Assembly (NCBI RefSeq): GCF_006345805.1
Contig: NC_043009.1
Location: 58,900,001-58,964,000 of the forward strand
From: Octopus sinensis
Lineage: Eukaryota
Direction of reading: 5' to 3'
Length of the DNA stretch: 64,000 nucleotides
Shown: positions 12,263 through 25,221 of the stretch, in pieces
Position numbering within the stretch: position 1 is the stretch's first letter
Layout: each line of letters begins with the position of its first letter
The notes under the pieces: generated by a model
What the model was told of the DNA's origin: nothing
Databases searched by the model: none
Seen by the model: the letters and a program-made list of their open reading frames with translations, nothing else
Made by a program: the position numbers and the translations under genes

Positions 12263-14148
12263 TAATATCCACTGTAATCGTTGTATTATCGACTGCATAT
12301 CGTCATATTGTCTACAGCATATTTCTGTATTGCCAACGGTATATTCTTATATTACCAATGGAATATCGCTATGTTCACTACAACATATTGTTTCAATACA
12401 CATAGTATTTACTTTTATTATTTACAGCATTTCATTACATTATCTACAGCATATAATTTCATTATCTATGGCATTTTCTAATATTATCTACTGTATTTCG
12501 TTATATTAGTTATAGTATATTGTAAATGTTGCCATAAATTGCAGAGTTGTAATCCCTAGGATCTGTTAAAATGCAAAGGAATAGGACTAGTTTTCCTCAC
12601 CCAGCTGGCTAGGAGTCTGTAACCTAGACAACCAAATCAAAGATTTAGAAACCGCGCATACAGATTATTGAATAATTGAAGCATAATAACAAGATGCGCA
12701 GTCATGTTCAAATACGGGAGTGATAATTATTTCATCTTCAGTTAAATGAGGCTCAAGTAATTACCCTAACTTTTCAAGAGAATTTGGTCCTATAAATTCT
12801 GCTAAGTAGAAACAATTTCATAAATTTCGAATTTTGTCAAACACACCACGGCAATAAGCGTTAAGCTTTTTGTCAAGCGTTAAATAAAATTAAAATATTT
12901 TGGCCGTGCGACTATTTACTTCCAATATGGCAACGAAAGCTGTTTATTTATATTTCATTAAAATCGTTAAATCATCATACACCAAAGAAATTTTCTTAGA
13001 GATATTTTTACCAAATGCTCCACGTAAAACATGCAAATGAAAGCTTCTTTTACACAAATAGACTTAAGAATTTTCAAACCGGAACGCTTGCCAAAGATTG
13101 ACTTCCGGTGCGCTGCACAAACGGTATGCATGGATCCTCATTTGACAAATATATTCTCTCGCTGTATTCACGTGTTCTCTTCAGATTCGCGATCTTTGTA
13201 TTCGTTCAACGCCATCTGCAGACCGTTTCCTTCCTCGTTTCTATATATTCACGAGATCACATACCGTCTTATCTGTTTGACCCCTAATCACCTTGCAACG
13301 ATATTTCTGATAACATTGCACTTGCTATCTAGGATTTCCCAAGTTATTAATGGTACATTCTAGATTTCGTAAAGAAAACATTCGTAAAACACATTTTCGT
13401 TAAAAGAGATACGTAATTTACACACAACCTATACATATATATATATATTTACACACACATATATACATATATATTTATCTATACACGCACAGATTCATAC
13501 ACGTACAGTCGCATCAACACACACGCTCACACACACATATATGCACATAGCAATGGGTATTACTGGTACTTTATGTTATCTTTGTCGGTTTATGGTGAAA
13601 GCAAAGTCTTCGTCATTATTGTCTATAGCTTGCCACATTAAAATCTGAAAACACCGTTCCACATGCTAATAGCCTCGTGGAGAGATCACTTGATTCAATG
13701 TCTCAGTATGTAAGCCTTGGAATCAGATATCGAGAGAGCTTTATTGTTCTTTGATAATGACATTTTTAAAAATTGAAATGGTAATAAAATTCTATGTTTT
13801 TGCGCTTTTCAAAGCTTGTGTTTATCTTTAGAGAAGCTGGTAATTGCTTTCGCTGTTGTTCAGCCTAAAGGGGGCTCTAAACCGCGAACACCTATAAGGT
13901 AACCGGAGAATGTAAATATACACGATATCTTAGATCAGGAAAGTTGACTGAAGAGAATCCATTTTTTTACATATACTTTACTGATTTTTATTTATATATA
14001 ATGATAAATCTCAGAGCGGCAACACATCGTGACGTATATTTGCCATTTGAATATGGCTAACCCCTAAGGGTGGATGCTGCTGTAGTTTGTAGCCCCAGGA
14101 AGACACCTCCTCCAACTGGCTATAGACACACTTTCTGTGCCCTATCAG

Positions 14149-14284
14149 TATTTGTGAAGGGAAGTCATCCTTCCCGTCTTCAACTTATGATACACACGGA
14201 CTCGATGATAGGTCAATACCTTGAAACTCGAGTCCGTGTGTATCATAAGTTGAAGACGGGAAGGATGACTTCCCTTCACAAATA
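14149..14284. repeat. Perfect 57-bp inverted repeat with 22-nt loop
   Basis: 14149-14205 is the exact reverse complement of 14228-14284; loop TGATAGGTCAATACCTTGAAAC. Confidence 0.95.
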
Positions 14285-14456
14285 TATATATATTTTTATA
14301 AAAACCACAACCACTAGCACTACCTCCAAGACCACCACCACAAACCCCACAACAACAACAATAATAATGATTGTTATTATTATGAAAATATTATTATTAC
14401 TATTATTATTATTATCACCATCATTATTATTATTATTGACATAAGTTAAGAGAAAA

Positions 14457-15323
14457 ATGGCGAATACCAGTTATCCCTCCCGTGTCATGGGTTCAACGAA
14501 AAGACAAACTGTTTCTCAGAATACAAGTTGAAGATTGTGTTGACCCGACTTTTGATGTCCAAAGCTCCTTCTTGAATTCCAGGGAAAAGAGGGACCATAA
14601 AAAAAGAATTTTGCTGTTAATTTCACAGTGTATAAAGTGGTTAATCCACATGACTTTAAAAACATACTAGCATTATCGCCCGGCGTTGCTCAGGTTTGTT
14701 TCGACCCTTTAGAATTGGAATTTTTGAAAAGTAAAACGTTTTCATTATGTAGATTGTTATTCTCTTTAAGTGAACATTTTTCTGGATGAAATACACCGAA
14801 AAATGGCGACACAGCAGTCAAAAAATCGTAAAAAATAGGGGTTTTCATAGAAAAAAAAGCACCTTTTTTATGTAAATAGTTTTTAGTGTTAACATGGTCC
14901 GATTTGAATGTTATCTTCTACGGAATGAAGAGCAAGCCTTCTTCTACCATACTCTCAATCTTGGTCAACTTGCGCCGCAGGGTCTCGGAGGAGATAGTGT
15001 TAGCTGAAGGCTACCAAACCTGCCACACACAGACAATTTCAGCTTTATATATAGAGAGATTAAAATATTGGGTGATGAGAGTAACATTTTGTAATAAAGA
15101 AGATGGATGAAGATTGGTGGCCTAGATTGCTACAGCAAGAAGAAAGGAGTCATTACTTGAGAACAGATTTTACAAGATGGAAGGATGAAGATGATTCTGA
15201 CACAGATGAACCCGATGCTTTCAACCTTAAAGATAAGATGAATAAAATGGGAGGTGTCGAGGATGGTGAAGAAATTGAGAAAAATAGTGATGATGATGAT
15301 TGTCTTCCTGTCTTCCTGAATAA
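14457..15323 (+). pseudogene. PTGES3: Processed pseudogene of p23 / prostaglandin E synthase 3 (HSP90 co-chaperone), interrupted by a Helitron
   Basis: Across frameshifts: MANTSYP..VSWVQRKDKLFLRIQVEDCVDPTFDV / GKEGP*KKNFAVNFTVYKVVNPHDFK / FVIKKMDEDWWPRLLQQEERSHYLRTDFTRWKDEDDSD..MNKMGG..SDDDD.LP..E*. Matches the p23 CS domain and acidic tail. No introns, one in-frame stop, several frameshifts. Confidence 0.88.
14667..15059 (-). mobile_element. Non-autonomous Helitron (393 bp)
   Basis: Minus strand starts TC(TCTCTATATATAAAGCTG), ends CCTGAGCAACGCCGGGCGATAATG-CTAG, and sits between A and T with no TSD. Removing it rejoins the p23 sequence. Homologous copy at 62288. Confidence 0.88.
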
Positions 15324-15477
15324 AACCGGCACACTTGCTTGTAGCAGAGCTAACCAGGTTGGGTGGGGGGTATATTATAATTTTTTTTACAGCTACAGAA
15401 GTTTGGGCCCCAAATCCTCAAGATGTGTTGTAAACTATCTGCCTGTCAATGCTGCATCACTTCATCAAGATATATTA

Positions 15478-15490
15478 TTATTATTATTAT

Positions 15491-15563
<73 letters not shown>

Positions 15564-15740
15564 TGCAGTAGTAGTAGTAGCAGTAGTAGTAGTAACCGTA
15601 GTAGTAGTAGTAGCAGTAGTAGTAGTAGCAGTAGTAGAGGTAGCAGTAGTAGTGGTAGGGTGGGGGTGATGGTAACAGCAGCAGCAGCAGTAGTAGTAGT
15701 AGTAGTAGTAATAGTAGTAGTAGTAGTAGTAGTAGTAGTT

Positions 15741-15779
<39 letters not shown>

Positions 15780-15860
15780 TAGTAGTAGTAGTATTTTTAT
15801 TATTATTATTATCATCATCACCGTCGTCATCATTATCATCATCATCATCATCATCATCAT
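15478..15860. repeat. (ATT)n/(AGT)n/(ATC)n microsatellite
   Basis: Long AGT runs; source of the poly-Val/Ser/Tyr ORFs. Confidence 0.95.
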
Positions 15861-17453
15861 CATCGACATCATCCTCATTATTGTTTGCAAAAAGTGTCTG
15901 AATGAAAGCGTATAAGACAAATATCGGTAAGGCTTGTGAATGCAATATAATTTTCTTCCTATTTTCTCGGAATTTGCGAGCGCACCATGACTTGTCGAAC
16001 ATGTAAAAGAGATAAGCAAATATTTAAAAAAAAAAAAGAATAGTTAAACACGTTTGGATTTTCGCAAGAGCAGCAAACCAGGACTGTTAATAGCACGTAG
16101 ATTTTTTCGCAACGGAAGAGAGCGGGTGGACAGAGATTTATATATTTCACTCAGCCATTACGCTACACAGAATCGTATCAGGCAGAACAATTCTTGCCAT
16201 TTAGGGGTTTGTAAAAATACAATATTCAGTGCAGCCTTTATAATTCCGCTATTAATTCTTGTAAATAAGAGGTCGGTTAAATCTGCCCCAAACTCGACAT
16301 AATAATTCTTGAAGACCCTTCGCTATAATAGAAGACACGAAGTTAACTTCTTGCATGAAATGCAATCATCTATAGTTTGTAAACACAACGAAACACTTGC
16401 TCATATACATAGATACATATATACATACATATATACATGTGTACATATATACATGTGTACATATATACATACACAGATATACATATATGTGTGTGTGTGA
16501 GTGTATGAGTGCGTGCGTGTATGTGTGTGTGTGATACATACATTTATACGTACATACATATGTATATAAATACACACACAAACGGGAGATAATATATGTA
16601 TATATATGTATATATATATAATATAGGATAACATTTTTTCGAAAGAAAATTTTATCAATGGCCAACATATTAAAAAATACCTTTAAAGGTTAAATTTATA
16701 AACAACTAATAAGTTGTTTATATATATATATATGTCAATGGCGTGTATGCCATACGGTCTGCAAATCTGACGGAGGCCTCAGAAGACATTTTCAGATCCC
16801 AAAATGATCAGAACTTAACTGCAGCTCATGGTGTTCCATATAAGATATGCCAGTTACATGGTTGTATTTTTAAAACATTGTCTGTTTTAAAAAGCCACAT
16901 CAGACGCCATGTTAGATCTAAGTTGTAAGTTAAAGAGGTGGTCACACTCTACATAAGGAGTAGACAACCACCATATATATATATATATATAAATATATAT
17001 ACATACATACATACATACATACATACATACATACATACATACATACATACATACATACATACATTTACAGACACACATATATAAATATACATATGCAAAG
17101 ATTTATAGACAGATGTGTGCGTATGGTGTGTTTTTTAAGTAATGCGTTTGTTTGTGCAGTGTTTCTGCGTCGTACGTAAACAGATCTTCACAATGTATTT
17201 TAAAAATTCACTGAGAATGTTTTTCCTTAAAAAAAAAAAAGAATCTCTTTTTAAAAAGAAATACATACGTCAAAATGAAGCGATTATGAATATATATTTA
17301 CGATGAGGTTTTAAGTGGTTTTTAGAAAAAATACACACCGAACACTCCTGCGTTGTATTTATCATGAATGCGAGACTTATCTAACTGTCTATCACTATCT
17401 ATAGAGAGTTGCTAACATATTCTATCCGTTCTCTTTTCTATCTATCTTCTAGG

Positions 17454-17454
<1 letters not shown>

Positions 17455-17520
<66 letters not shown>

Positions 17521-17723
17521 TTTAAATAGGTATGCATACACAAACGCATGCACACACATGTACGAAGACATATGTGTGTGTGTCTATTTCTCTAATTGCG
17601 TAAGTATATGCGATCCTATGTGTTGGGAATGAGTTCGCTTATTTATGCAACATACATACATATGTGTGTGTGTGTGTATACACACATACACATACATATG
17701 TATCGTATGTATATGTATATATG

Positions 17724-17774
<51 letters not shown>

Positions 17775-17931
17775 TTATATCTATATATCTATCTCTCTAT
17801 TTATATATATATATATATCTATTTATCTATCTATCAATTTATCTATTATCTATTTATCTATCTATCTATTTATTTATCTATCTAGTTATTCATCTATCTA
17901 TGTATTTATCTATCTATTTATCTATCTATAC

Positions 17932-17981
<50 letters not shown>

Positions 17982-17994
17982 TATCTATCTATAC

Positions 17995-18056
<62 letters not shown>

Positions 18057-18086
18057 ATATCTATCTATCTATATATATATATGTAT

Positions 18087-18150
<64 letters not shown>

Positions 18151-18180
18151 GAGATAGATAGATAGAAAGATTGATAGATA
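17455..18180. repeat. (TA)n/(TATC)n microsatellite block
   Basis: Direct inspection. Confidence 0.95.
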
Positions 18181-19590
18181 CATACATATATGCATACATA
18201 CAAAGAAACATATACGCTTATATGTAAGTATATACACATGTGTGTGTGTATTTTTTTTTATTTTACTCTATTCTAAAAATCCAGATAACTACACACTGCT
18301 CACTCCCATGCTTAAATGCAAGTCGAAAACGAGTGTTTTTGCCCTATATGCAGTCGCACGTACGTCAATTTTGCATTATTTTAGATGTAACTAACAATAT
18401 TATAAATACACCAATTAACAGAACAGTAAACGTATGTAAAACATTTCAGAAAAAGTCGATATACACAATGTTGACATAAAAAACATTTGTACCTATACAT
18501 GCATGCATGCACACTCACACACCTACAGACACACAGACACACACATATATACACAAATATAGATCATAACACACACGATCCGTACAGGAAGCACTGAAGA
18601 TTTACACAGACTTATATACGCGTACTTTATTATATATATAGAGGTGAATGTATGAGGTTGGGTATGAATATACTCATACTAGTACGTATATAGGTTGATG
18701 GGTACTTACATACAGAGCAGACATACCATATACATATATATGTGTGTGTATAGTATGTATATTTGCATGTATGTAAGTATATATATAATAGAGAAGACGG
18801 AATGTACAAAAAAAAATGTATTGTACCACAACCATTGTTTTATCTTCAAGATAATTCATATATGCACACGTATATAAATATATAAAAAATATATGTACTA
18901 TTTACGCCATGCATGTATGTACACCTATGTATATATGTAGTAATAGACATATATATGTACGTATATACAGACATATTTATACCTATATACAAAGGTTTTC
19001 ATATAATACATACACAGATATATACATGTGAGTATATATATATATATAGATATATATATATATACGCAGACGCATGTATGTGTGTGCATGCGTGTATGTG
19101 TATGCATATATGTTGTATTTTTGATTCATATTACATACATTCATACAGACAGACATAAATGTATCCTCTTTGTAAATAATAAAAAACATTAACACTTGTA
19201 TTAACAACAAAAACAATTACGATGGTTATAACAACAGGAACGACAAACATAATACTGAAAGTAATGGAGAAATCTTAAGAGGGAAAGCTGTCAAAGAGAA
19301 ATATAAATACTCAAAATAATGAATAGATAATGCATTAAACTTATAGGAAGTGTAAATATGTAGAAAAATGCACTTGGTGTTTCTTTTAATTGACAGGTTA
19401 TCGATCTTATTAAAGAGAGTAAAGAAAACTATTTGTGAATAGTGTATGTAGCTAGTCCAGTTTGTCTCCTTGTATCGTATGACATGATATTTTTGTGGTG
19501 CTCCTGGAAATGGGGAACTACTATTCTCTGTGTGTGTGTGCGCGCGTATATATATATATATAATATATATATATATATTTATAGATAGTT

Positions 19591-19667
<77 letters not shown>

Positions 19668-19835
19668 TGGATGGATGGATGGATGGATAGATAACTGTCT
19701 TTATTGGCCACACAGGGCTGGACACAGAGGGGACAGTTACAAATGTAGATCTTTTCTTTTCGAAGATGGAAAAGGAAAACGAAGAAAAAAGGAATAGATA
19801 GACAAGCAGACAGACAATCAAACAGACAGACAGGC

Positions 19836-19915
<80 letters not shown>

Positions 19916-20299
19916 GGATGGATGGATGGATGGATGGATGGATGGATGGATGGATGGATGGATGAATGGATGGATGAATGGATGGATGGATGGATGGATG
20001 GATGGATAGGCGGATGGATGGATGGACGGTTGGATGAATGGATAGATGGATGAATCGATCGAGGAATTGATTGATCGATGGTTAGATAGATAATGAATAG
20101 AAAAATCATGTACTTTGTTAAATATTTTAGATATTTTAAATAACAAATAATTATTTTAACGCTTGCGGATGCACTAATGTCTATATATTTCAGTCTTGCT
20201 ATAATAAGCTCCAGGAGTTATTCAAGGAATAGAAATAATGTGCATTTCAAATTGGATTTTTTGAAACTTGTTATGATTTATATTTCTCTCCATATTAGC

Positions 20300-21799
20300 G
20301 TTCGTTATTAGGCAATTATTATTGGTCCAAACGTTCACGCGTGGCATGTAATTCTTTGTAAAATACTATTCTTTGTTAATCGTTTTCTGATTTGTAGTTG
20401 AATATGGATCTTTTGTAATTTTGAAAATTTCATTTTTAATTCAGTCATCAACGTCGTTATATATCTCCTAAACGGAATTTTTCTAATTTTCTCATTACCT
20501 ATTTGCTGCCGATTTATTGTCATTCATTAACGTACTGACGATATTTTTCACGTGTATTTTCTTTAGTTTCACATGTCATCATCACACAAATGAAACCAGA
20601 ATTGTTGCAAGTGAAACTTTCCCTCGTTATAAAAGCCCGTCCATCATCAAATTTCAGCTCCAGACCTTCGGTCAAATATGCCCCACTTTATTCCGCTTTT
20701 TGTAATAGTGTCTCTGGAAAATTCTTTATGAAATTTTCCCTGGTCTATACATTTTTAATATCTTAAGTTATCTATTGATGCTTGATAACTTTGGTTTCCC
20801 GAATATTTTCAGGCTTTTTTTATCTACATACACAATTTTTGTTTTAAAATATGCTGAAATATTTCAGCAATTCCATGGTTAAATATAGATTCATGCGGGA
20901 AAAATTTTTCGTCTGATTTCCATTTGTCTCTCTTCAGATTTGTTGACATTTAGCGCTCGAGATTTTACTGGGAATTAATAGAAATGCTCTTTGAATAATT
21001 ACGTTTTCCAATTCTCTCGGTCTTCAATCATGCGAAGGATACCATTGAGCAAAACCTTTTTGCAAAATTTGAACAAAATGTTCCTTTTTGTGTTTAGAAA
21101 AACAGGATTTGACAAAATGCTACTTTGAATCCATTGGTACTTGATACTTGTTTTTATCATCCCATCTGTTTTCATAATTCAATTGTTTAAAAACTTCACT
21201 TCCCTCTGGTTAAAATCCATCGTGAATTTAATATTATGGTTTAATATGCTAATAAGAATTTCGAACTCCATAATTTAATCATGCCAACGAAATGAAACAA
21301 TCAACGAGGATATCTTTTGCAATTGTTCTTTTCTCTTCTTTTCTGTTTTTGTAATGCGAAAATAAGTTCCCAAGTATTTGAAGAATTCGCCGCATTTTCT
21401 TCTTTTTTGGAATGTATCACTAAGTTGCCCATATGGGGACAACTTTATTAATCATTGCAGTTCTTCATATTTGCTGTTGTGCTAAGTTGTCGGCTACGAA
21501 ATAAATTTGGAATACAGTGAATCTTAGTCCTTTAAGGATGAGGTGTTTTTCAAGACATGTTAGTAATTCAAATTGGTATTCATCTCGTCAATATATAACT
21601 GCACAGATTTTGAAGTAGTGAAGATTATTATGAAATAAAGCAGAAATATCAAAGGAGACAATCCTTGTAATTTGGCGCACTGTTTTCCTTAATAAAGTTG
21701 ACAATTTCTAAATTGCTGTGTTCTGCAGATATGGTAACAGTCACTGCATGCATTTTCAATCCTTCTTTTAGAATTTCATCTGCCTGGAAGATCTGAAAT
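20300..21799 (-). mobile_element. Degenerate Penelope-like element (RT + GIY-YIG remnants)
   Basis: Minus-strand broken frames: RIVSFDISALFHN (cf. LVSFDVxSLFTN), ILNHNIKFTMDFNQREVKFLN..KTDGMIKTSIKY, TKRNILF, then FITRESFTC..MTINRQQI..KE*YF (GIY-YIG-like). May continue beyond the Gypsy insertion (24394 to about 24600). Confidence 0.65.
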
Positions 21800-22041
21800 T
21801 GTTGTAGGGAATTAGTAATAATCGTATACTCCTTGTAGTCTATGTTGATAGTCGTGTCAGTGCTGATGTAGTAATTATACTGTGATACTGATTGGGTGTT
21901 ATAACGAGCAAACCTTTTGAGGATACTAACACTGTACGACTGGGGTTCGTACAGAGCCAGATACAAACAATCTATCGATGAATTCGCACTATAACAATAT
22001 CTGTCAGGGCATCAACCGCCGTGCAAATCCACATATTACAG

Positions 22042-22054
22042 TGGCGACGAGGAT
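22042..22054 (+). promoter_or_regulatory. Primer-binding site complementary to tRNA-Ser(GCU) 3' end
   Basis: TGGCGACGAGGAT lies 1 nt after the 5' LTR; it is the complement of ATCCTCGTCG-CCA, the 3' end of metazoan tRNA-Ser(GCU) (established knowledge). Confidence 0.75.
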
Positions 22055-22777
22055 AAAGTAATTCACATGGAGTTAATAGAAACTCGTTGAGGAGTTTAAC
22101 AACCTCACAAAACTTTTGCTGCGTAAACTTTACGAAAATTCCTAAAATTATGGAAGATTTGTTGTCCGGTTTGCTTGAGTTGCACAAAAAAACAAAATCA
22201 ATAGTTGAAAGAACAACAACCGCAGATACAATTGCAAGAGCAACGGCAGAAACAACAAGAACAATAATTCTGTAATTACCGAAGTCATCAGGAAAGCCTG
22301 AAAAATGCGTTCTCGCCAGACTATGTTGCGAATTTTATAACTGGATTCAAATAGGAACCTGACGAAGGAGTTACCTTCGATGCATACTACAGAAGATATG
22401 AGCAAATCTTCAAGAAAGTAATCTTGTCGCTTCTGTTGTTGTTCTTGCAGTTGTATCTGCGGTTGTTGTTCTTCGAGAAAGAATGTAAAGATTGGGACGA
22501 CGTGATGAAAACGCGCTTAATCTTGAGAAAACTGACGGCAACAGAACATAGACGATAGAGTAATTTTGTGCTCTCAAGAAAACCGTCTGACGTAATGTTT
22601 AATGACATAATAGATATATCGTGTAAAATTGTCAGTGGAAAATGCTCATTATTCAACAGACACTGGAAGTGTCTGAACATGGAGAAAAACAACGACGAGG
22701 ACTACATCACATATGCTGGTCGAGTATTCCGAAAATCTTTGTAAAAAGTTCCACTTTCTCTCCACCCTACTGTACAG

Positions 22778-22787
22778 GATAATAATG

Positions 22788-22849
<62 letters not shown>

Positions 22850-23085
22850 TGTGTACAGTGCTCAGGTGCACTACAACTCATCTAAAGTGTATATATAATC
22901 AGGTGTAGTTTCGGCGGATTTCGGAAAGCATGAGGGCCTTAAAGGATGCAGTGTCATGGCAATCAACAACTGACGCAGGCAGTTTATTCCATGCTTCAGC
23001 AACTCTGAGCGGGAAAAAATGTTTCCGAAAGTCATGGGAGCTGTGTTGTTTTCTGACTTTGTAGGCATGTCCACGTGTGTTAGAC
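22778..23085 (-). mobile_element. 3' fragment of a CR1/L2-like LINE inside the Gypsy element
   Basis: TRGHAYKVRKQHSSHDFRKHFFPLRVAEAWNKLPASVV..FK matches the CR1-group RT C-terminal motif (TRGH..FF..RV..WN.LP); short 3' UTR and (ATT)n tail follow. Confidence 0.8.
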
Positions 23086-24863
23086 ACATGGAGATCAAAA
23101 AGGTGTTCAGTGCTCTAGGAGCAAAATTACCCGATATAAGCTGGGAACTTCGGCCAAAAGTGAATGTTCCGAGGTCGAGACTACACATTGATTTCGCTGG
23201 TCCTTTAAATGGTTCTTACTACTTAGTAGTAGTGGATAGTTTTTCGAAATGATCTAAAATTTTTAAGTGTAAAAAATCCAACCTCCTCAGCTATGATAAA
23301 TATTTTACCACGAATTGTTTGCAAGATTTGACATCCCAGACGCGATAGTGTCTGACAATGGAACGCAATTTGTGTCTAGCAAATTTTTAAAAAGTTGTGA
23401 AATGTTTGCGATGGAACATATGACTACAGTGCCATACCATCCCAGATCTAATGAACAAGCAGAACACTTTGTTTATACCTTCAAAAGAGCTTTAAGGAAA
23501 GCAAATAAGGAAAGCACTGATGAGGTAGCTCTTCACTAATTTTAAAGAGCATACTGTGTAACACCAAATGCGAATATATCAGCAGGTAGTTCACCAGTGG
23601 AGTTGATATTTGTAAGGTAAGTAAAATCAGTCATAGATAAATTGCTACCTGGAAAGAAAAGAAAAATGAGCCAGGTAAGAGCTAAATTAAGTTGTGTAGG
23701 AAGACATACAAAAATGGAAAGCAGCATAGAGAAAAGGGCGATATTACCAAATGCAAAGATAAAATGATATATTGGGTAAAAAGTAGAAAAAAGTATACAG
23801 AAGAGACACAGGAACCAACTGAAAAAGGGAATCGGGCAAAGCGAACCAACGAAGTTGGAGAAACCCATGGGATGATTGTACGATACGTTCCAAGAACCAA
23901 CGCCACAGCAGGTGATTGAACCCAGGCGTGAAAGTGAAAGGAAAAGAAAGCATAGAGAGTTCCTGAAAATAGATGCCAAGAGAAAAATAAAAATTTAATT
24001 GTTCGGAAAAAGATCAAGTGAGGTGGGTGTGACTAAAAAATATTATTGCTAAATAAAATGACACTTCCTAAGAAAAAATTAAAGGGGAGATACTGTAGGG
24101 AATTAGAAATAATGGTACACCCCTCTCACGTGATGAGTGGAATGAAACAAGTCACTATAAGTAAGGTGATGTCGGCAAGTATCAACAGAGTACGTGTAGT
24201 CTGTGTTGATAGTCGTGTCTGTGCTGATGTAGTAGTTATACTGTGATACTGAGTGGGCGTTACAATGAAGATAATAACGCAGTATGACTGGAGATCGTAA
24301 AGTGCCAGGTAGAAATATTCTATCGGCGACTTCGTAATGTGACAATATCTGTCAGAGTGACAAACGCCATACAAACCCATATATAACAGAAATAAATAAC
24401 GCGTGTAAAGTAGTTTGAAGAGAGAAATACATCAATTATTAACTATCCATAAATACACTTCCCACGATTTAAATATGCAAGTCATTTTTCAAGTTTAATG
24501 TCTTTAAATTTTCTATAGAATACAGAGCCAACGCTGCAAGCTACGTCGTTTTGTATTTGAATACTTCTATGCAAATAATTCGATCCAAAATTGAAAAACT
24601 AGACAGTACATGTATATGCATATTTCAAGAGTTGTTCTACTTTCATCATCACCATATACAACTCATCAGCTATCTACGAACTCACTGCTTCAATATTCAC
24701 TACGTTTAACTGTGTAACTCTATTGGGATACACCAATTTACATACTAAACACATTGGTGGTAACTTGTACGCAAATATCAATTCCTAGCAATTGTTATTT
24801 TGCAACCAACAATATACTCTCAAATATACTAAATGCTTACAAGTCAATATCGTATGTTATTTT

Positions 24864-25221
24864 AAGGCGGCGAACAGGCAGAAATGTTACGTTCTGAGTT
24901 CAAATTCCACCTAGGTCGACTTTACCTTTCATCCTTTCGGGTTCGATTGAATAAGTACCAGTTACGCACTGGGGTCGATATAATCGACTTAATCCGTTTG
25001 TCTGTCTTTGGTTGTCCCCTCTGCGTTTAGCCCCTTGTGGGTAGTAAAGAAATAGGTATATCGTCTGCCGTTACGTTCTGAGTTCAAATTCCACCGAGGC
25101 CAACTTTGCCTTTCATCCTTTCAGGGTCGATAAATCAAGTACCAGATGCATACTGGAGTCGATCTAATCGACTGGCCCCGTCCCCCAAAATGTCGGGTCT
25201 TGTTCCTAGAGTAGTAAAGAA
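24864..25221 (+). mobile_element. SINE family A, two-unit copy (head with deletion; second unit with alternative tail)
   Basis: AAGGCGGCGAAC.. head, junction AAAGAAATAGGTATATCGTCTGCC at about 25046, tail ..GACTGGCCCCGTCCCC..TAGAGTAGTAAAGAAT. Confidence 0.85.

Larger units (their letters stand above)
21800..24388 (+). mobile_element. Ty3/Gypsy LTR retrotransposon, internally deleted (no RT/RNase H)
   Basis: 5' LTR 21800-22040 (TG..CA), 3' LTR 24091-24388, 5-bp TSD GAAAT (21795-21799 and 24389-24393), PBS 22042, PPT AAAGGGGAGA 24081-24090. gag-like EGVTFDAYYRRYEQIF; integrase RLHIDFAGPLNGSYYLVVVDSFSK, IVSDNGTQF, VPYHPRSNEQAE. Confidence 0.92.

Noticed and set aside
12280-12530. ORF 12036-12509 C-terminal part as a coding domain
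   Set aside because: Beyond the mariner TIR it is a degenerate ATTATCTACAGCAT-type low-complexity repeat.
15103-15669. 188-aa ORF as a membrane protein with a poly-Val helix
   Set aside because: It is the frameshifted C-terminal half of the p23 pseudogene reading into an (AGT)n microsatellite.
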